From NCBI GenBank assembly GCA_964247055.1, contig OZ176055.1, positions 10,044,001 through 10,108,000 on the forward strand: a DNA stretch of 64,000 nt, in the 5' to 3' direction. Positions within the stretch are counted from its first letter, which is position 1. Each line of letters opens with the position of its first letter. Positions 38,101 through 52,128 of the stretch are shown piece by piece. The stretch comes from Paragordius varius. Lineage: Eukaryota; Animalia; Nematomorpha. A model generated the notes under the pieces. It ran no database searches. It saw only the letters and a program-made list of their open reading frames with translations, and had not been told where the DNA came from. The position numbers were made by a program, and so were the translations under genes.

Positions 38101-39433
38101 AGCTTTTAAGCTACATTAACCAGCAAAAACTGATATTTTATGATTTTAATATCAGCAGTTCGTTTCAATCGTGTTATGGAGCTCTCCCAATTACAGACGT
38201 TAAAGGTCACAAAACTGTAAATATAAGCTTTTTATCTAATAAATAAAAACACTCGCATAGCCGATTATTAACCTTCAGCTGTTTTTATAAATTTTTTATG
38301 ATATTACTAAATTAGTGTTACTATTATATTACCATGCTTTATTTAAGGTTTTTAGATACGTTTTATTAGGTTAAATTTGTATTCGCAGATTTTTTTCGTA
38401 CTAAGCTTTTCGGAGTTTTGAATCCCCAAGATCGTAAGATAAAAATTTGGTTTAAAATATTATTTGTGAAATTTACAACTATCCTAATGCCTTTATATAA
38501 CCATTATCTCTTTGTCTATTAAATTTAAGGTTGTGCGGAACTAACTTTCCAAAAGATGCGATATTTTCAGCCATTGGACAAGAAATACTAATTCTCATAC
38601 GATTTCACCGCATATCAGGATTAAATGAAACAAGCATAACTTCGGAAAAAAATTCCATACAATTAGAATTTGAAGCCAAATACAAAATAAGTGATCAACT
38701 AATAATTTTACAAATATACATTACAAATATGCGGACAAAACGGAAAATATAAAAACAAAATTAAGTATTTTGCAATTGTTTAAAATGATTTTTAGGATAA
38801 ATTAAGGATTAAAAAAGTATGGTTGTTTTTTGAAAAATTGTGTCTTTATATTTTTGATTTTGTCGGTATAATTTTATACTGCTGTATATTCCATTATGGG
38901 GCGCAGAAAGATTATTTATATAAAACAAACATTATTCAAATGTACAGTAAAAATTTAATTTTTTAAAGGGTAAACCATACTTTATAAAACCTAACATTTT
39001 CAAAATTATTTAAGTTTTTACCAATTTCCATCTAGCAACCAGTAAAAATTGAAATTGTACGGACAATGTAAAAATATAAAGACAAATATTTTTTTAAAAA
39101 AAATAACCATACTTTTTTGAATCTAAATTTTCCCATTTAAATTATTTATACAATTATATTATATATAATGGGTGTTACCATTTAACATCCCTTTCTATAC
39201 ATGCAATTTTTAACAATCAAATTTTGATATTTTAAAATTTAAAAAGTGTGGCTGTCTTTTAAAAAAAATATTGTCTTACTTTGTGTCCGTATAATTCCAT
39301 TTTTACTGCTGTATGTACATATAATATTTATCAACATATTTGATCGAAATAATTTATATTAAAAACATATACAGGTAAAAAAGAAGACTGTCAAAATCCG
39401 TATATTCAATTCGCAAAGAAACTTACCAACTAA
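32139..39433 (+). CDS. Secreted astacin (M12A) metalloprotease, astacin-EGF-CUB architecture, copy 1 (10 exons, ~602 aa)
   Basis: Exons 32139-32730, 33096-33231, 33288-33354, 33945-34148, 35652-35775, 36389-36532, 36837-37027, 37441-37571, 38530-38690, 39375-39433, all in phase. Hydrophobic N-terminus, GCWSYIG, HEIGHALGLWHEQSRPDRD zinc motif, SIMHY Met-turn, EGF-like CYRNGYPNPNNCTQCLCPDGFNGGPYC, CUB-like CG..CTYLIK..CLNWVEIR..RLCG. Confidence 0.92.
33689..33929. mobile_element. Tc1/mariner-type MITE in astacin intron 3
   Basis: TA|CAGTAAAT...TTTTTACTG|TA with degenerate family arms. Confidence 0.65.
34189..35100. repeat. 21-bp minirepeat (AAGGGTGAATTTGAATTGTTC-like) with an inverted partner, flanking the piggyBac MITE
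   Basis: Period-21 copies at 35023, 35044, 35065, 35086; reverse-complement copies at 34189-34240; the paralog (47490-47800) has one fewer unit. Confidence 0.6.
34359..34939. mobile_element. piggyBac-type MITE (TTAA TSD), copy B
   Basis: TTAA|CACTTGGAT...ATCGAAGTG|TTAA; the paralogous site 47657-47660 has a single TTAA. Confidence 0.9.
37587..37849. mobile_element. Tc1/mariner-type MITE in astacin intron 8
   Basis: TA|CAGTAAAAATTGAATTTATACGGAAAA...TTTTACTACTG|TA. Confidence 0.7.
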
Positions 39434-40588
39434 AATAATATTATTTTGACTCAATAAATATAGTATACTTGTCTTATTTTAAAACACTTTATTACCCTTT
39501 TAAGTATTTTTTACCTTAGAACGATTTAAAATTCGAATATCTTTAAAGCAATTCAAGATAATGGGCCAAATTAAAAATAAATTTTTAGCATTGAGCGCAT
39601 GCTGTAAATTTTTGTTTAAAAAAATTATTGTAAAATTTATTCATCTTAAAGCTTTCTCTCGGCTATTTGTTTGGAATTTATCGCTAATAAAACAGGCAAA
39701 TATTACAAATAATTGTGAGAAAATGTAACCACAGAATCGGGTTGGTTCCTTAACAATTTTAACATTTCCGGAACTGCGGATTTACATTTGGAACCGGTTT
39801 CATTTTGGTACCCGTATTTTAATTAAATGAATTTTCATACAACTTTATTATAATAATTATAGAGCTTTGTATTCTGGCAAATATGCAAAGTATATACATA
39901 CGTTAGTAATGTTATGTATGTGAATTATAAACTGTAAACATGAAATTAATGTTTGAAATTATAGTGTGTTCAATATGAAACTTATTTTTAATTATAAAAA
40001 TATAAAGCTAACTATTCCAAATCGTAAATTAAAACAGAGTTTAAAAACTCACCAAATCTAAAAAACTGATCGATAGAGCTTTTTCTCACTTGAATCGTAT
40101 GGGGAAAGGTATTTATAAGATGTATGAAATGTTTTGAAAAATTATACGCTAATTCAGCTTTGCATGTCAATTTTTTTATTTAAGCCTTTAATCATTTTTT
40201 AATTCAATATAATGGGTAAATTCCAAATATATAGTAGATAATGTTATTTAAAAAATCAAAATCTTTTACCGCATAATAACTATTGAATTCGAATCGCCAC
40301 ATTCCAATTTTTCCACATTATTATTGTAAGTGTTCTTTAATGACCCACTGAGATTTTTTAATTATAGTATTTAGCGTTAAGAAATATTCTTATGGTACAT
40401 AGTATCAAAGACGCGTTTTTATCCGTTGTATTTAATTTTATTCTTGTGCGATACCAATGCGAATTTTTTTGGTTGATAATATCAGAAAAATTATAATAAC
40501 TTTTATGTTTTAACCACATTTATCCCTTCGCTAATTATTATAATGAGGCTTATTATAGATATGGAATGATATATGATTCATATACGTA

Positions 40589-40878
40589 CAGTAAAAATTG
40601 AAATTATACGGACACAAAGTAAAAATATAAAGACAAATATTTTTTTCTAAAAGACTACCATACTTTTTATCACCTTTATGTTTCTCTTATAAGCTACTTA
40701 GTCACAATTGTAAAATTTAGAATTGGTTGTCTTAGTAATATATATATATATATATATATATATCTCTATTTCGCACTTGCCATTCCAAACAATGAGTGTA
40801 ATTGAAAAAAATCATGATTAAAAAGTATATTTGTCTTTATATTTTTACGTTTTGTTTGTATAATTTTAGTTTTTACTG
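40589..40878. mobile_element. Tc1/mariner-type MITE, well-preserved family representative
   Basis: TA|CAGTAAAAATTGAAATTATACGGACACAAAGTAAAAATATAAAGACAAATA...TATTTGTCTTTATATTTTTACGTTTTGTTTGTATAATTTTAGTTTTTACTG|TA; long imperfect TIRs, (TA)n core; duplicate at 53282-53568. Confidence 0.85.
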
Positions 40879-41756
40879 TATATTTAAATAAAATAATGAT
40901 TATTTACTGTTATAAATTTGCCAATAATGGTCAATGACCTTTGCATCGCCACAATAACCCCGGTATTATATAGATTTTTTTTGATAATACATCCTAAAAT
41001 CATGTTTTTGCATTATTTTACTTAAAATGTAATTTATTAAACATGGCTGTAAAAATATAATATTGAGGTATAAAAATATTTGGTTTATCTAACAACTTTC
41101 ATGTTCTTCTATATCAATAAAATCACGGATAGAAAAGAAGGGATAATTTAAATGATGAAATTGGTAGAAATTGTTTTTAGGAGCATTAAGTTTTGAATTT
41201 TTAATGATGGCTTTTGACGAATAGCATCATTCTGGTTTCTATTAAGACAAAAATATCGTTTAAGAATTAACTTTGTAGCAATAAAATTAAATGAACATCT
41301 TATAAGATGTGAAGATTGCAAATCTCACACAGTATCTGCTAATGTTCCACTCATATTTAGGTTAAAATTCTTAAATAAAAATGGAAACATTTTAAAATTC
41401 GTAAAAACTTCGACATGTGTTTCCAACAAGGCCAGCCAGCACCTTGGACTTAAAAAACAATTCCCTCTTTTTAATTAATCCAAAAAATAATTGTCATTGT
41501 AATATTCGGATAAAGCAAATTATAATAAAAAAATAAGAATACTCGTCTAGACCTATCATGAAAATAGTCACAACAAATTTTAACAAATTCATCATTTAAA
41601 TTATTCCTTGTTCGTGGTTTATTGATCCAAAAAAAATCTGGAAAAACTTAAAATAAGACTATGGACGAAATACGTTACACGGATCTAAGTAGTAAAATAG
41701 AGCCAATATTAAATGGGTTATTTTTTCTTATTATTTTTAATTAATGGGAAAAAGAC

Positions 41757-42121
41757 CTGAGCAAAAAACACCGGGAACAAGGCTACGTAAAATGAATGCA
41801 TGACAATTAGTTTCTTTTGAAGCGGTTTCAACGTGATTCGACAGCTATATTATATAAAATATATTATCAAACTAAATAAAACTACATATTAAAAGTTATT
41901 AGCTTTATTTGAGATAAAATGGATCAAATTAGGAATACTAAATCGAGCATTTCTAAGTTTAAGGCATTTTTTACAGTTGGCCTGTTTAACTCAATAGCAT
42001 AAATTCCTACAATAATTTTTAATATACCTAAATTTTCATCGATTATTTTGAAAGTGCAGATATTCTTCACACCTCCCGTGTCAAATTTTTGAGACATGCA
42101 GTAAAATAATTTTAAACGCAT
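41757..42121 (-). pseudogene. AUH: Truncated AUH duplicate (exons 1-3 only)
   Basis: Exons 42097(or 42121)-42028, 42006-41939, 41844-41757 are open and keep GT/AG sites; exons 4-9 are missing because the duplication breakpoint lies in intron 3. Confidence 0.85.
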
Positions 42122-43769
42122 TTAAATTATCTCATGCGAGACGATTTTTTTATAGTAAATCATATGCTAAACCTAATAAACAATATTAGTCTAGTTTTCA
42201 AAGCGAAAAGGAGTTTTTCGAACAAAATAATACATTTGTTGTCGTTTTTGTAAAAAAAATAAATATCCATATGTATAAAAACTATGATAGTATTGTCCGT
42301 TAACTAAGAGTAATCATGGCAAATACAAATAAATTTAATATAAGGCTGCTCTACTCTTTAAAACTCTTTATAAAATATATTTAAGTGTTGTAAAATATTT
42401 TGCGATTCTAATAAACTACAAAAAATAAACCTGACGAAATATATATTCTGATAGCAAATGTATTATAATCTTTTGGTTTTAAACCTTATGAATGATATAA
42501 AAAAGTTATTAACTTTTATGGTGGAAAATGGCAAAATTTGAGCAAATTATTTGTAATAAAACTTTTAATGAAAGTTGATTTCCTAATTCCAAGAAACACT
42601 AAAATATATCATAAACTACCTATAAAGGCAAACCTATATTTTTACAATAATTTAATTTTTGGATGTTGGCTGCGTCACATTTTTTCCCTTTTCTAAAATG
42701 AGCTAGTGCTTCCAAAATCAACGCAAAAATTTCGGGATTGCGTTATTTATGTAATATTTTATATAAAAAATTATTTTTAAAAAATACATTCATTATTTAG
42801 GCATGATGGAAACGGTATAAAAACGCTTTAATTAGTGAAAATACTTTTCTAATATAATAGACTTTCCTTTGGTAAATTTTCATAAAAAACACAATTCAGA
42901 GTAAAAATTGAAATTATGCGGACAAAACGTAAAATTATAAAGACAAATATTTTTATATAAAAGACAACCATACTTTTTACAACCTTAAACCCATATAAGC
43001 TATTTAGATACAAATGTAATTGAATTAATTGTGTTAGTATGTATATTTACACACTTTGTCATTTAAAACAATGAGTTATATTGAAATAAGTCAAGATTTA
43101 AAAATTTTACGTTTCGTCCATATAATTTAAGTTTTTCTGTATGTTTTTAATATTGTTATAATTTTGTATAAACAATCTTATCATGCTATTTGGCTTTTTT
43201 TCCTTGTAAATAAATTAATTTAGAAGGGTCCAATTACATTTACAGAACCCAAGTTTAAATAAATTTATGATTTCTGTTTTAATTATTCAATATATTTTAT
43301 TAAAACTTAATTATATCAAAAAAATTATTAATCCATTTTCCTAAAACCGACCCCCTTAATAACACCATTCCTTAATATCGACACCCATACTTTGAAAAGT
43401 ATCTTTACAATGATTATACATTTCATAATTAAACCTACTTTGTGCATACATATACACATAAATATTCATTACTTTTTACGCGCCTTATTCGAATATTTTG
43501 GACAAAAAAACCCTACCGTTAGTAATATCTCGTTCGGTGCAGTAAAAATTGTCATTTATGCAGATGTTGTTATAATACTCTCTTTCTAAATATTGGTTTT
43601 TTACGAATCATTCTTAATCAAAAATCTGTGATAATGTATGTTTTTTCAGAATTTCTTTATCACTAATTTTGTGGATAGTATAAGTGGGAATATGAAGAGC
43701 AGGATTCATTAGTTTTATTTATCAAAAATACTGAAATTAACATCAGGATCCAAGTTCGAATCTATACTT

Positions 43770-44780
43770 TTATTTAATATTATTTACAATCAAGTAAATT
43801 AAAATATTTTTTAATGGTATGACAGAATATAGGTATGCATATATTTTTAAATAGCTTTTTAATTGCGTGAACACATCAAATTCGGCAACATCTTCATCTT
43901 TTGCTGTTCGATCTGATTTAGATTTCCTGTCTTCATCCGAATTTCTGTTATCATGACGGTTGTATTCCTCGTCATCTAAATAAGAAAAGAAAGATAATAA
44001 AAAACTTACCGGTAACTGTAACTGCACGTTAACTTGGGCAACATCCGCTCAAAAAATTTTAGAAAATTGGTTCTTAGGACGGGGTTATCTCACATCATTA
44101 ATATTATTTGTTTTAATTATGAAATGTCAAGAAGCCAATATATTCCTATTTGAAATCGTAAATAAGATATCAACAAATCTTCCAATCAAATACTCGGTTT
44201 CATTTTTGTATTATGAGTAATCTTAGTCTTTATAATTGAAAACGGTGTCGTGAATGGCTAAAACGAAATGGATAAACTCTCCAAATTTGGAAATAACCAC
44301 TGATAAAATTAATTAATACCCCCTCTATCTGCCTCCATCATATTCATGACGATCCCTCGGATTTTTACTGGAATCAGAATATTGTCCTGAGATTTATCGG
44401 ATGAGTGGTCATTTTTTTGCTTGAATCTTTTGAATCTCTATCACGTTAACGGTGGGTTTTTTTCTCTGACCCTATTATTTCTAATGGCACCATCAATTTT
44501 TTTATTGTCTCATGATAACAATTTACGCATCTCATGGACCAATAAACTAGAATTTCTATCATTTTTAGTGGATTGAATTTCATTGACAGGATTAGGAGTA
44601 TAACCATGTATTAATGTGCTTTACTTTAAGTTGGCTATGATATCTGTATCCTTTCTTAGCTTTACGATTATTTAACTCGCTAAGAACAGCAAGTAGGCGT
44701 TGAGCAAACCCCTCTATGATTTAAATTGATAATAAGTAAGTATAGGTATAGTATTTAGGAATCTACAAATTATTTATATA
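43770..44780 (-). pseudogene. Second copy of the charged-protein gene remnant
   Basis: Open exon DDEEYNRHDNRNSDEDRKSKSDRTAKDEDVAEFDVFTQLKSYLKIYAYLYS; the upstream exon is frameshifted relative to copy 1. Confidence 0.45.
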
Positions 44781-45445
44781 AATTAACGAATTTTCTTACA
44801 TTGATTTAAAATTTATATTTAAAAAAACCATAGTAAGGTGTCTATAAAATTAAATAAGAAAAGTGTTTCAATTGTAATATTGGTTTGAAGCCACAGTTTA
44901 CCAAAATTAATCGGATTATTTTTATCAGCGATTTTCTCAACTATATTGTAAATACTAATGGACGAAATTGTCATATATTTACCTTATATTTGATAAAATA
45001 TATATATAAATTGCCCAAGAAAACTATATCACATACCGCTCGACAGTGATTACAAGCATTAAAAGAAAGAATTAAAATAAATAAAAGATAATTATATTTA
45101 GCTCCCAGCAAGATTTGATCATATTATAAATTATAAAGTAAACATATTAATATTATCATGACTCCTAAACCTATCAATCGATTTGAAGTTAATTTGTTTT
45201 TCAGGTAAAATTTTTATTTAATTGACACATAGATGATTATAAATAATTCACTTATATTAAAAATTGTATTTTAAAAAATGTGCTATCAATGGGCGTTAAA
45301 AATTAAAAATTTTAACCAATTGTGGCGAAAAAAATGTTTTTTTAACCTAAAATATTATTAAAAATATATTACACAGGATGATATTGTGTGTTCAAGGCTT
45401 TTTAACAATTTTTTGTGAAAAAGCAAATTTTTTTTTAAATTAATA

Positions 45446-48400
45446 ATGTATAAAAATTTATATTTTCTGCCTTATTTTTTGGGTCTTTTCTTGCGACGTC
45501 AGTATGCGTTCGTGTTTGTATCCAAAGCACCAACATACTTTCAATATCAAAATGCTTCCGATTCACAATTAACCGATAACTTTAACAAAATCGATGATAT
45601 ATCTGGTAATGTTGAGTTTTCCAACAATTTCAGTTTTGTGTATGCCGAAAAAATACCGGATAATTATTTAAGTTCACAAATGCAAACCGAATTCCAAAGG
45701 CCAATAAGTCTCAAGGATGATCGCGAGATATTAAAGGGTCGAACATGGGAAGAATACGAATTAGTCCAAAGATATATGACATATCTTGATAATAATCAAA
45801 CTATTATAGATAAAAGTACTAGCAAAAAAGTTTTTGCACCCTCAACCAAATGCAATGGCCTATTTGAGACGGATATTGTATTGACACCTCAAACCGCCCA
45901 ATATTATTTCGGACGCAATTTTCCCCAAACAACGGAACAAAATCCGAATTCTATATTACCCAAAAAAGTATCCAGAGTTTATAAAACATGGAAAGATACG
46001 ATCCCAATCCGATATAAATTGGAAGACCTGGAAGGTTGAACACATTAAATAATTGTTTATTTTGATATATATGAAATGTAAATAATCTTGGATTAATTTA
46101 GTCATAACTTGGTATAAGTATCCAATATTTTATAAAACCCAGACAGCTAATCATTTAGCCATAGTCAAATTAAAGTTAAGCAAACAGAAATAAGGAAATG
46201 ATTAAATGTAAATTTATAGTGGGATTAACCATTAGCCAGATTTCCATTTTATTCCCTATATTGAATGTTTGTAGTAAAACAATATACTTTTAATGATGTA
46301 TATTAAGGGCGTTTTATATCTCATTTGCCCCCTTTTTTTCAAAAAATTTTAGCGGTTTTTATGAATTTTAAAGCAACAGATAAAATTATCTTATTAGATC
46401 CGTTGCTATATGATCAAATTATTGCAGCAATTTATCTTTGGCAAAATCTGACTTGCGTGCGCTTCCAAGCCATACCTGACAACTCAAATGAAACTGTCCA
46501 AGGAGATCATTTAGTATTTTTTTCGGGGGCTGGGTAATTCATAATACCTATTTCTTTCAAAAACAAAAGTTTACATTTACTATTGTTAGCTGTTGGTCGT
46601 ACATTGGTAAGACAGGCGGAGAACAAACCATTTCAATAACAACGAAATGTGCGAAAGTTAGTATTTGTATTTATATCGATTTTCGGACAAAAGCAGCACT
46701 TTTTTAACCAAAGACAACATTTTTAGTTCCGTTACTATGGAAAATGTTGCGTTTGGTTAAAAAAGTGTTGCTTTTGACTGAAAAAATGGTATTAAAGTAA
46801 TTTGAAACAATCTTTTTCCGTAGATATAATGATTTTGTTTAATACTAAATATTTTTTGTCATACCTTTTATGTATCGCACCTTGACGGTAAATACATTAT
46901 TGTTATGCCTATGTTTTTTAAATATATCAATTTGTTGGGCCAAATAAAGCATGAAACTCAATAGATATTATCAAGTAAAAGTATTTATTACAGTAAATAT
47001 TGTAATTGTACAGACACATATAATAAAAAGAGAAAAGACATACTTTTTTAATCCTGAGTTATAGTATTAACTCAAACTGCATAGTATGAAATAGAGATGT
47101 AAATTGGTAATACAATTAATTATACATTTTGTATTTAAATAGTTGATATAGGAAAATTAAAGTTTACAAAAGTATGATAGTTTTTTATTTTTACGTTTTG
47201 TCCCTTTTTATAGTTTCGATTATTTTTACTGTAAAACTAACGGCAGGTGGGTGAAATAGCTCATGAAATTGGTCACGCTTTAGGTCTTTGGCACGAACAA
47301 AGTCGACCAGATCGAGATTTTTATGTTGAAGTTCAATACCAAAATTTGGAGAATGATGCTTATCGTAATTTTGCCAAAGTTGCCAAAAATAATACCAAAA
47401 TCCTAACTATCCCATACGATCTCAGTTCCATAATGCACTATGATCCGCATGTATTGATTTTATACACAATTTACACTTAAATATACCCTTGAAGAATATT
47501 TCACCCTCGAACAATTCAAATTCACCCAAAAATAAAAAATGTGTTTATTATGATTAAAAATTACTTATATTTTTTAAAATCTTGATAAAATGTTGTTTAA
47601 AATTAAAATAATACTGAAAAAATAATAAACTATGCGCCATAAAGATATATTTCATATTAATGATGAGTTATGTTATGCCCAAACACACATATTTTATTTT
47701 TAGGGTGAATATTGCTCAGGGGTAAATTTAAATTGTTCAAGGGTGAGTTTGAGATGATTAAGGGTGAATTTGAATCGTTCAAGGGTGAATTGAATTGTAA
47801 ATAGTATATTTATATTTTTATGTTTAAAAAATTAGTTGTGTCCTGACACGCTTATGTAAGTATTATTTAAAAGCTTGTTTTAGGATATAAAGGTATCCGT
47901 TTATATATTCAAACAAGGTTTTGCATTTATATTGAAAAAAGTTATGTTATAATTGAAAAAATTAAAATATATTAATAAAACTTGTTTTAATACTGTTAAT
48001 AATACAATGATCAGCATTTCATTTTATTAATTCTCGTGCTATTATCTACGGTAACTAATCGTGAATAATTAATTATTTTTACCAAAAAAATTTGCCTAAG
48101 ACATATCCCTCTATTAAGGAATGAGAGGTAATTCATGTTGCCATGAATATTGTCGATCAACATTCGGGAAATTTTTTGCGATTTTCGCAATATTTGTCAA
48201 CAAATTAAATTACATAAATGAGGTTAAACCACAAGGCAATACCCAATAAAACGCTTGACCGTGTCGCATTTAAAGGATATCCGTATATTTTAAGGCATGA
48301 CAAATAAAAAATATATTATTATTATAAAATATTTTTATTTGATATATTAGGCATTGTCCAAAAATAAGGAACCGACTTTGAAAACGTTAAAACCACGATT

Positions 48401-51400
48401 GCAACCTAGTATGGGAAACAGAGAATATCTAACGTTCTCTGACGCTAAGGCCATTAATGAAGAATATTGTCCAGGTACTTATACATATATCAGAGAGTGA
48501 TAATCATAATAGAAAATGCTTAAGAGAATAATCTTAATTTTAAATGAAAACATTAATATGCTATATACTGGGTTATTTTTTATTTTTGAAAAATTATTAT
48601 AAATTCTGTCAAATTTTTGAAATCTGACTGATCAAGGACGGGTTGGGTGACCCATATTATAGAAAAAAGATGTGTATTATTAGGTCCAAAATACTTGATA
48701 ACCTGATTTCAATTATACAGAGATATGTCAGATTTTTAGTTTTACATTTCATATATTAACGCTTTTCAAATTTGATGCCACATATAAAATTTAAATTATA
48801 CGGACAAAACGTAAAATATAAAAATAATATTTATTCTAAAATACAACCATACTTTTTTAAAGCATGATTTGATAAATCAAACTCATTGTTTAAAACTCCA
48901 AAGTACAGAATAGAGGGCATTTTGGTAACACAATCAATTATATAATATACGATCGTTATTAAATGATTTCAATAGGATAAATTAAGGTTTAAAAATAAAG
49001 CAGTTGTCTTTTGATAAAAAATATTTTTCTTTAAATTTTTGCGTTTTGTCCGTATAATTTTATTTTTACTGTAATTATGAATTTTAGAAACTTGCGATTA
49101 TGTTTATCGCGCAAGCAAATGTTATAGAAACGGATATCCGAACCCTAATAATTGTACCCAATGCCTTTGTCCGGATGGCTTTAACGGTGGCCCTTACTGT
49201 GATCATTTAACACCGCATTCTCATCAACAAAGTTTCTTTTAATTTAAACTAAAATTATAAAAATTAATCATTTACAGTGTTGCAGTGAATATTGATATTA
49301 TACAGAAATATTGTGAAAAATTTCAAGAGGCTGCCATATTTTCAAAACTTGAAATAGTATGTAAATTGGTAACATACCCAATTATATAAATACAAAGATG
49401 TTTTTAAATAGTTTATGTGGAAACAAAAAACAAATGTTAAGAAGTATGGGGTTGTCTTTTAAAAAAGTAATAGTTGTCTTTATGTTTTTACGTTTTGCCT
49501 TAGAATTTATTTTTACTAAATATTCTTGGTTACAGGTTGTGGAAAAATTCAGATTTTTAGTAAGGAAACGCCAGAAAACCATATATACGTTAACCATAAA
49601 ATAGAGCTAACTAATTTCACATCCACAAACGTTATCAGTGATAATAATGAAAATGTCACTTTGATAGAATACGTTCAAATAAATGGCACTCGATTATTTG
49701 AATTCCAATGCACCTACCTTATAAAAGTAACGCATAAATAAATGTATTTCCAAACATTAAACTGAAAGATTGGTAACTATATTATTGAATTATTTTTGGA
49801 CAATACTATAGCGATATGCCTAAAATAAGCTTGGTAACTAATCTTAAATAAAAACCAGCCCAAGTTTGGGATCTAACACGGGTCCTAATTTACTTATTAA
49901 AAATTTTGATTCGGTGATTACCTCTACAGAAAATTATTTGTAAAAATCTTTTAAATAACCAGTATTTTATAATCATTACCAACGTTAGATAACCTATTAC
50001 ATAAATGATATGATTAATAAAATTTTGTATATAAATAATATAACGGAATCAAAAATAATTGGATGGTGACTTAAATTATTTTATATATTTTAATCATACA
50101 GTATAAGTATACTATAATTCAATTCACATATTTTTATAGGCAGGTTTATGCGAGGATATCACATTAGAAGTGACAAAACTCAATGTTCCTGGCCGCGCAC
50201 CTGATAATGTTAGATGTTTGAATTGGGTCGAGATACGCACTTTGCAAGATTTGTCTCAAACTGGTGAAAGGTATATCAGCTATTACAGTAAAAATTGAAT
50301 TTATACGGAAAAAACCTAATATTATAAAAACAAATATATTCAAAAGACAACCACCATACTTTTTAACCTTAGTTTTTGCAATTAAAACTATTTTTAAAAA
50401 TATGTATTTAAATGTGTTACCATAAAACTATATCTCTCAAATAGTATTTTTTTTAAATAAATCAAGACTCAAATTTAATCATTGTGTTTTAGAATAAAAA
50501 TTTGCCTTTATAATTTTACGTTTTCCGTTAATTTTAATTTTACTACTGTACCTTTTGGTGTAGTTTAATATCCCACAGATTTGGTATTTGAATATCTTAA
50601 AAAATATTTAAGGTAAGGCCAAAATATTTGTTTTTAAGGCTTTTAGGCGCATTATATGTTTTAAGAAATGTAAAATTGTAAAAAAATATTCATCCAAAAA
50701 ATATTTTCCGCCATTTTTTACTATAAATTTTTTTGAATCGCTAATGCAAAAGGCAAATAAATGCGTATTATGTTAGATGTAAATACTTAACTTAAAGCTT
50801 TTAAGCTACATTAACCAGCAAAAACTGATATTTTATGATTTTAATATCAGCAGTTCGTTTCAATCGTGTTATGGAGCTCTCCCAATTACAGACGTTAAAG
50901 GTCACAAAACTGTAAATATAAGCTTTTTATCTAATAAATAGAAACACTCGCACAGCCGATTATTAACCTTCAGCTGTTTTTATAAATTTTTTATGATATT
51001 ACTAAATTAGTGTTACTATTATATTACCATGCTTTATTTAAGGTTTTTAGATACGTTTTATTAGGTTAAATTTGTATTCGCAGATTTTTTTCGTACTAAG
51101 CTTTTCGGAGTTTTGAATCCCCAAGATCGTAAGATAAAAATTTGGTTTAAAATATTATTTGTGAAATTTACAACTATCCTAATGCCTTTATATAACCATT
51201 ATCTCTTTGTCTATTAAATTTAAGATTGTGCGGAACTAACTTTCCAAAAGATGCGATATATTCAGCCATTGGACAAGAAATGCTAATTCTCATACGATTT
51301 CACCGCATATCAGGATTAAATGAAACAAGCATAACTTCGGAAAAAAATTCCATACAATTAGAATTTGAAGCCAAATACAAAATAAGTGATCAACTAATAA

Positions 51401-52128
51401 TTTTACAAATATACATTACAAATATGCGGACAAAACGGAAAATATAAAAACAAAATTAAGTATTTTGCGATTGTTTAAAATGATTTTTAGGATAAATTAA
51501 GGATTAAAAAAGTATGGTTGTTTTTTGAAAAATTGTATCTTTATATTTTTGATTTTGTCGGTATAATTTTATACTGCTGTATATTCCATTATGGGGCGCA
51601 GAAAGATTATTTATATAAAACAAACATTATTCAAATGTACAGTAAAAATTTAATTTTTTAAAGGGTAAACCATACTTTATAAAACCTAACATTTTCAAAA
51701 TTATTTAAGTTTTTACCAATTTCCATCTAGCAACCAGTAAAAATTGAAATTGTACGGACAATGTAAAAATATAAAGACAAATATTTTTTTAAAAAAAATA
51801 ACCATACTTTTTTGAATCTAAATTTTCCCATTTAAATTATTTATACAATTATATTATATATAATGGGTGTTACCATTTAACATCCCTTTCTATACATGCA
51901 ATTTTTAACAATCAAATTTTGATATTTTAAAATTTAAAAAGTGTGGCTGTCTTTTAAAAAAAATATTGTCTTACTTTGTGTCCGTATAATTCCATTTTTA
52001 CTGCTGTATGTACATATAATATTTATCAACATATTTGATCGAAATAATTTATATTAAAAACATATACAGGTAAAAAAGAAGACTGTCAAAATCCGTATAT
52101 TCGATTCGCAAAGAAACTTACCAACTAA
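45446..52128 (+). CDS. Secreted astacin-EGF-CUB metalloprotease, copy 2 (10 exons)
   Basis: Exons 45446-46034, 46398-46533, 46590-46656, 47247-47450, 48351-48474, 49088-49231, 49536-49726, 50140-50270, 51225-51385, 52070-52128; splice sites and frame intact; zinc motif identical to copy 1. Confidence 0.92.

Larger units (their letters stand above)
27395..41085. repeat. Tandem segmental duplication, copy 1 (~13.7 kb)
   Basis: Begins TATCTAACAACTTT (27395), ends AATATTTGGTT (41085); collinear with 41086-53775. Confidence 0.95.

Noticed and set aside
38691-38752. C-terminus SDQLIILQIYITNMRTKRKI from the ORF track
   Set aside because: Reads into a MITE arm; a phase-1 donor at 38691 joins a plausible last exon at 39375.
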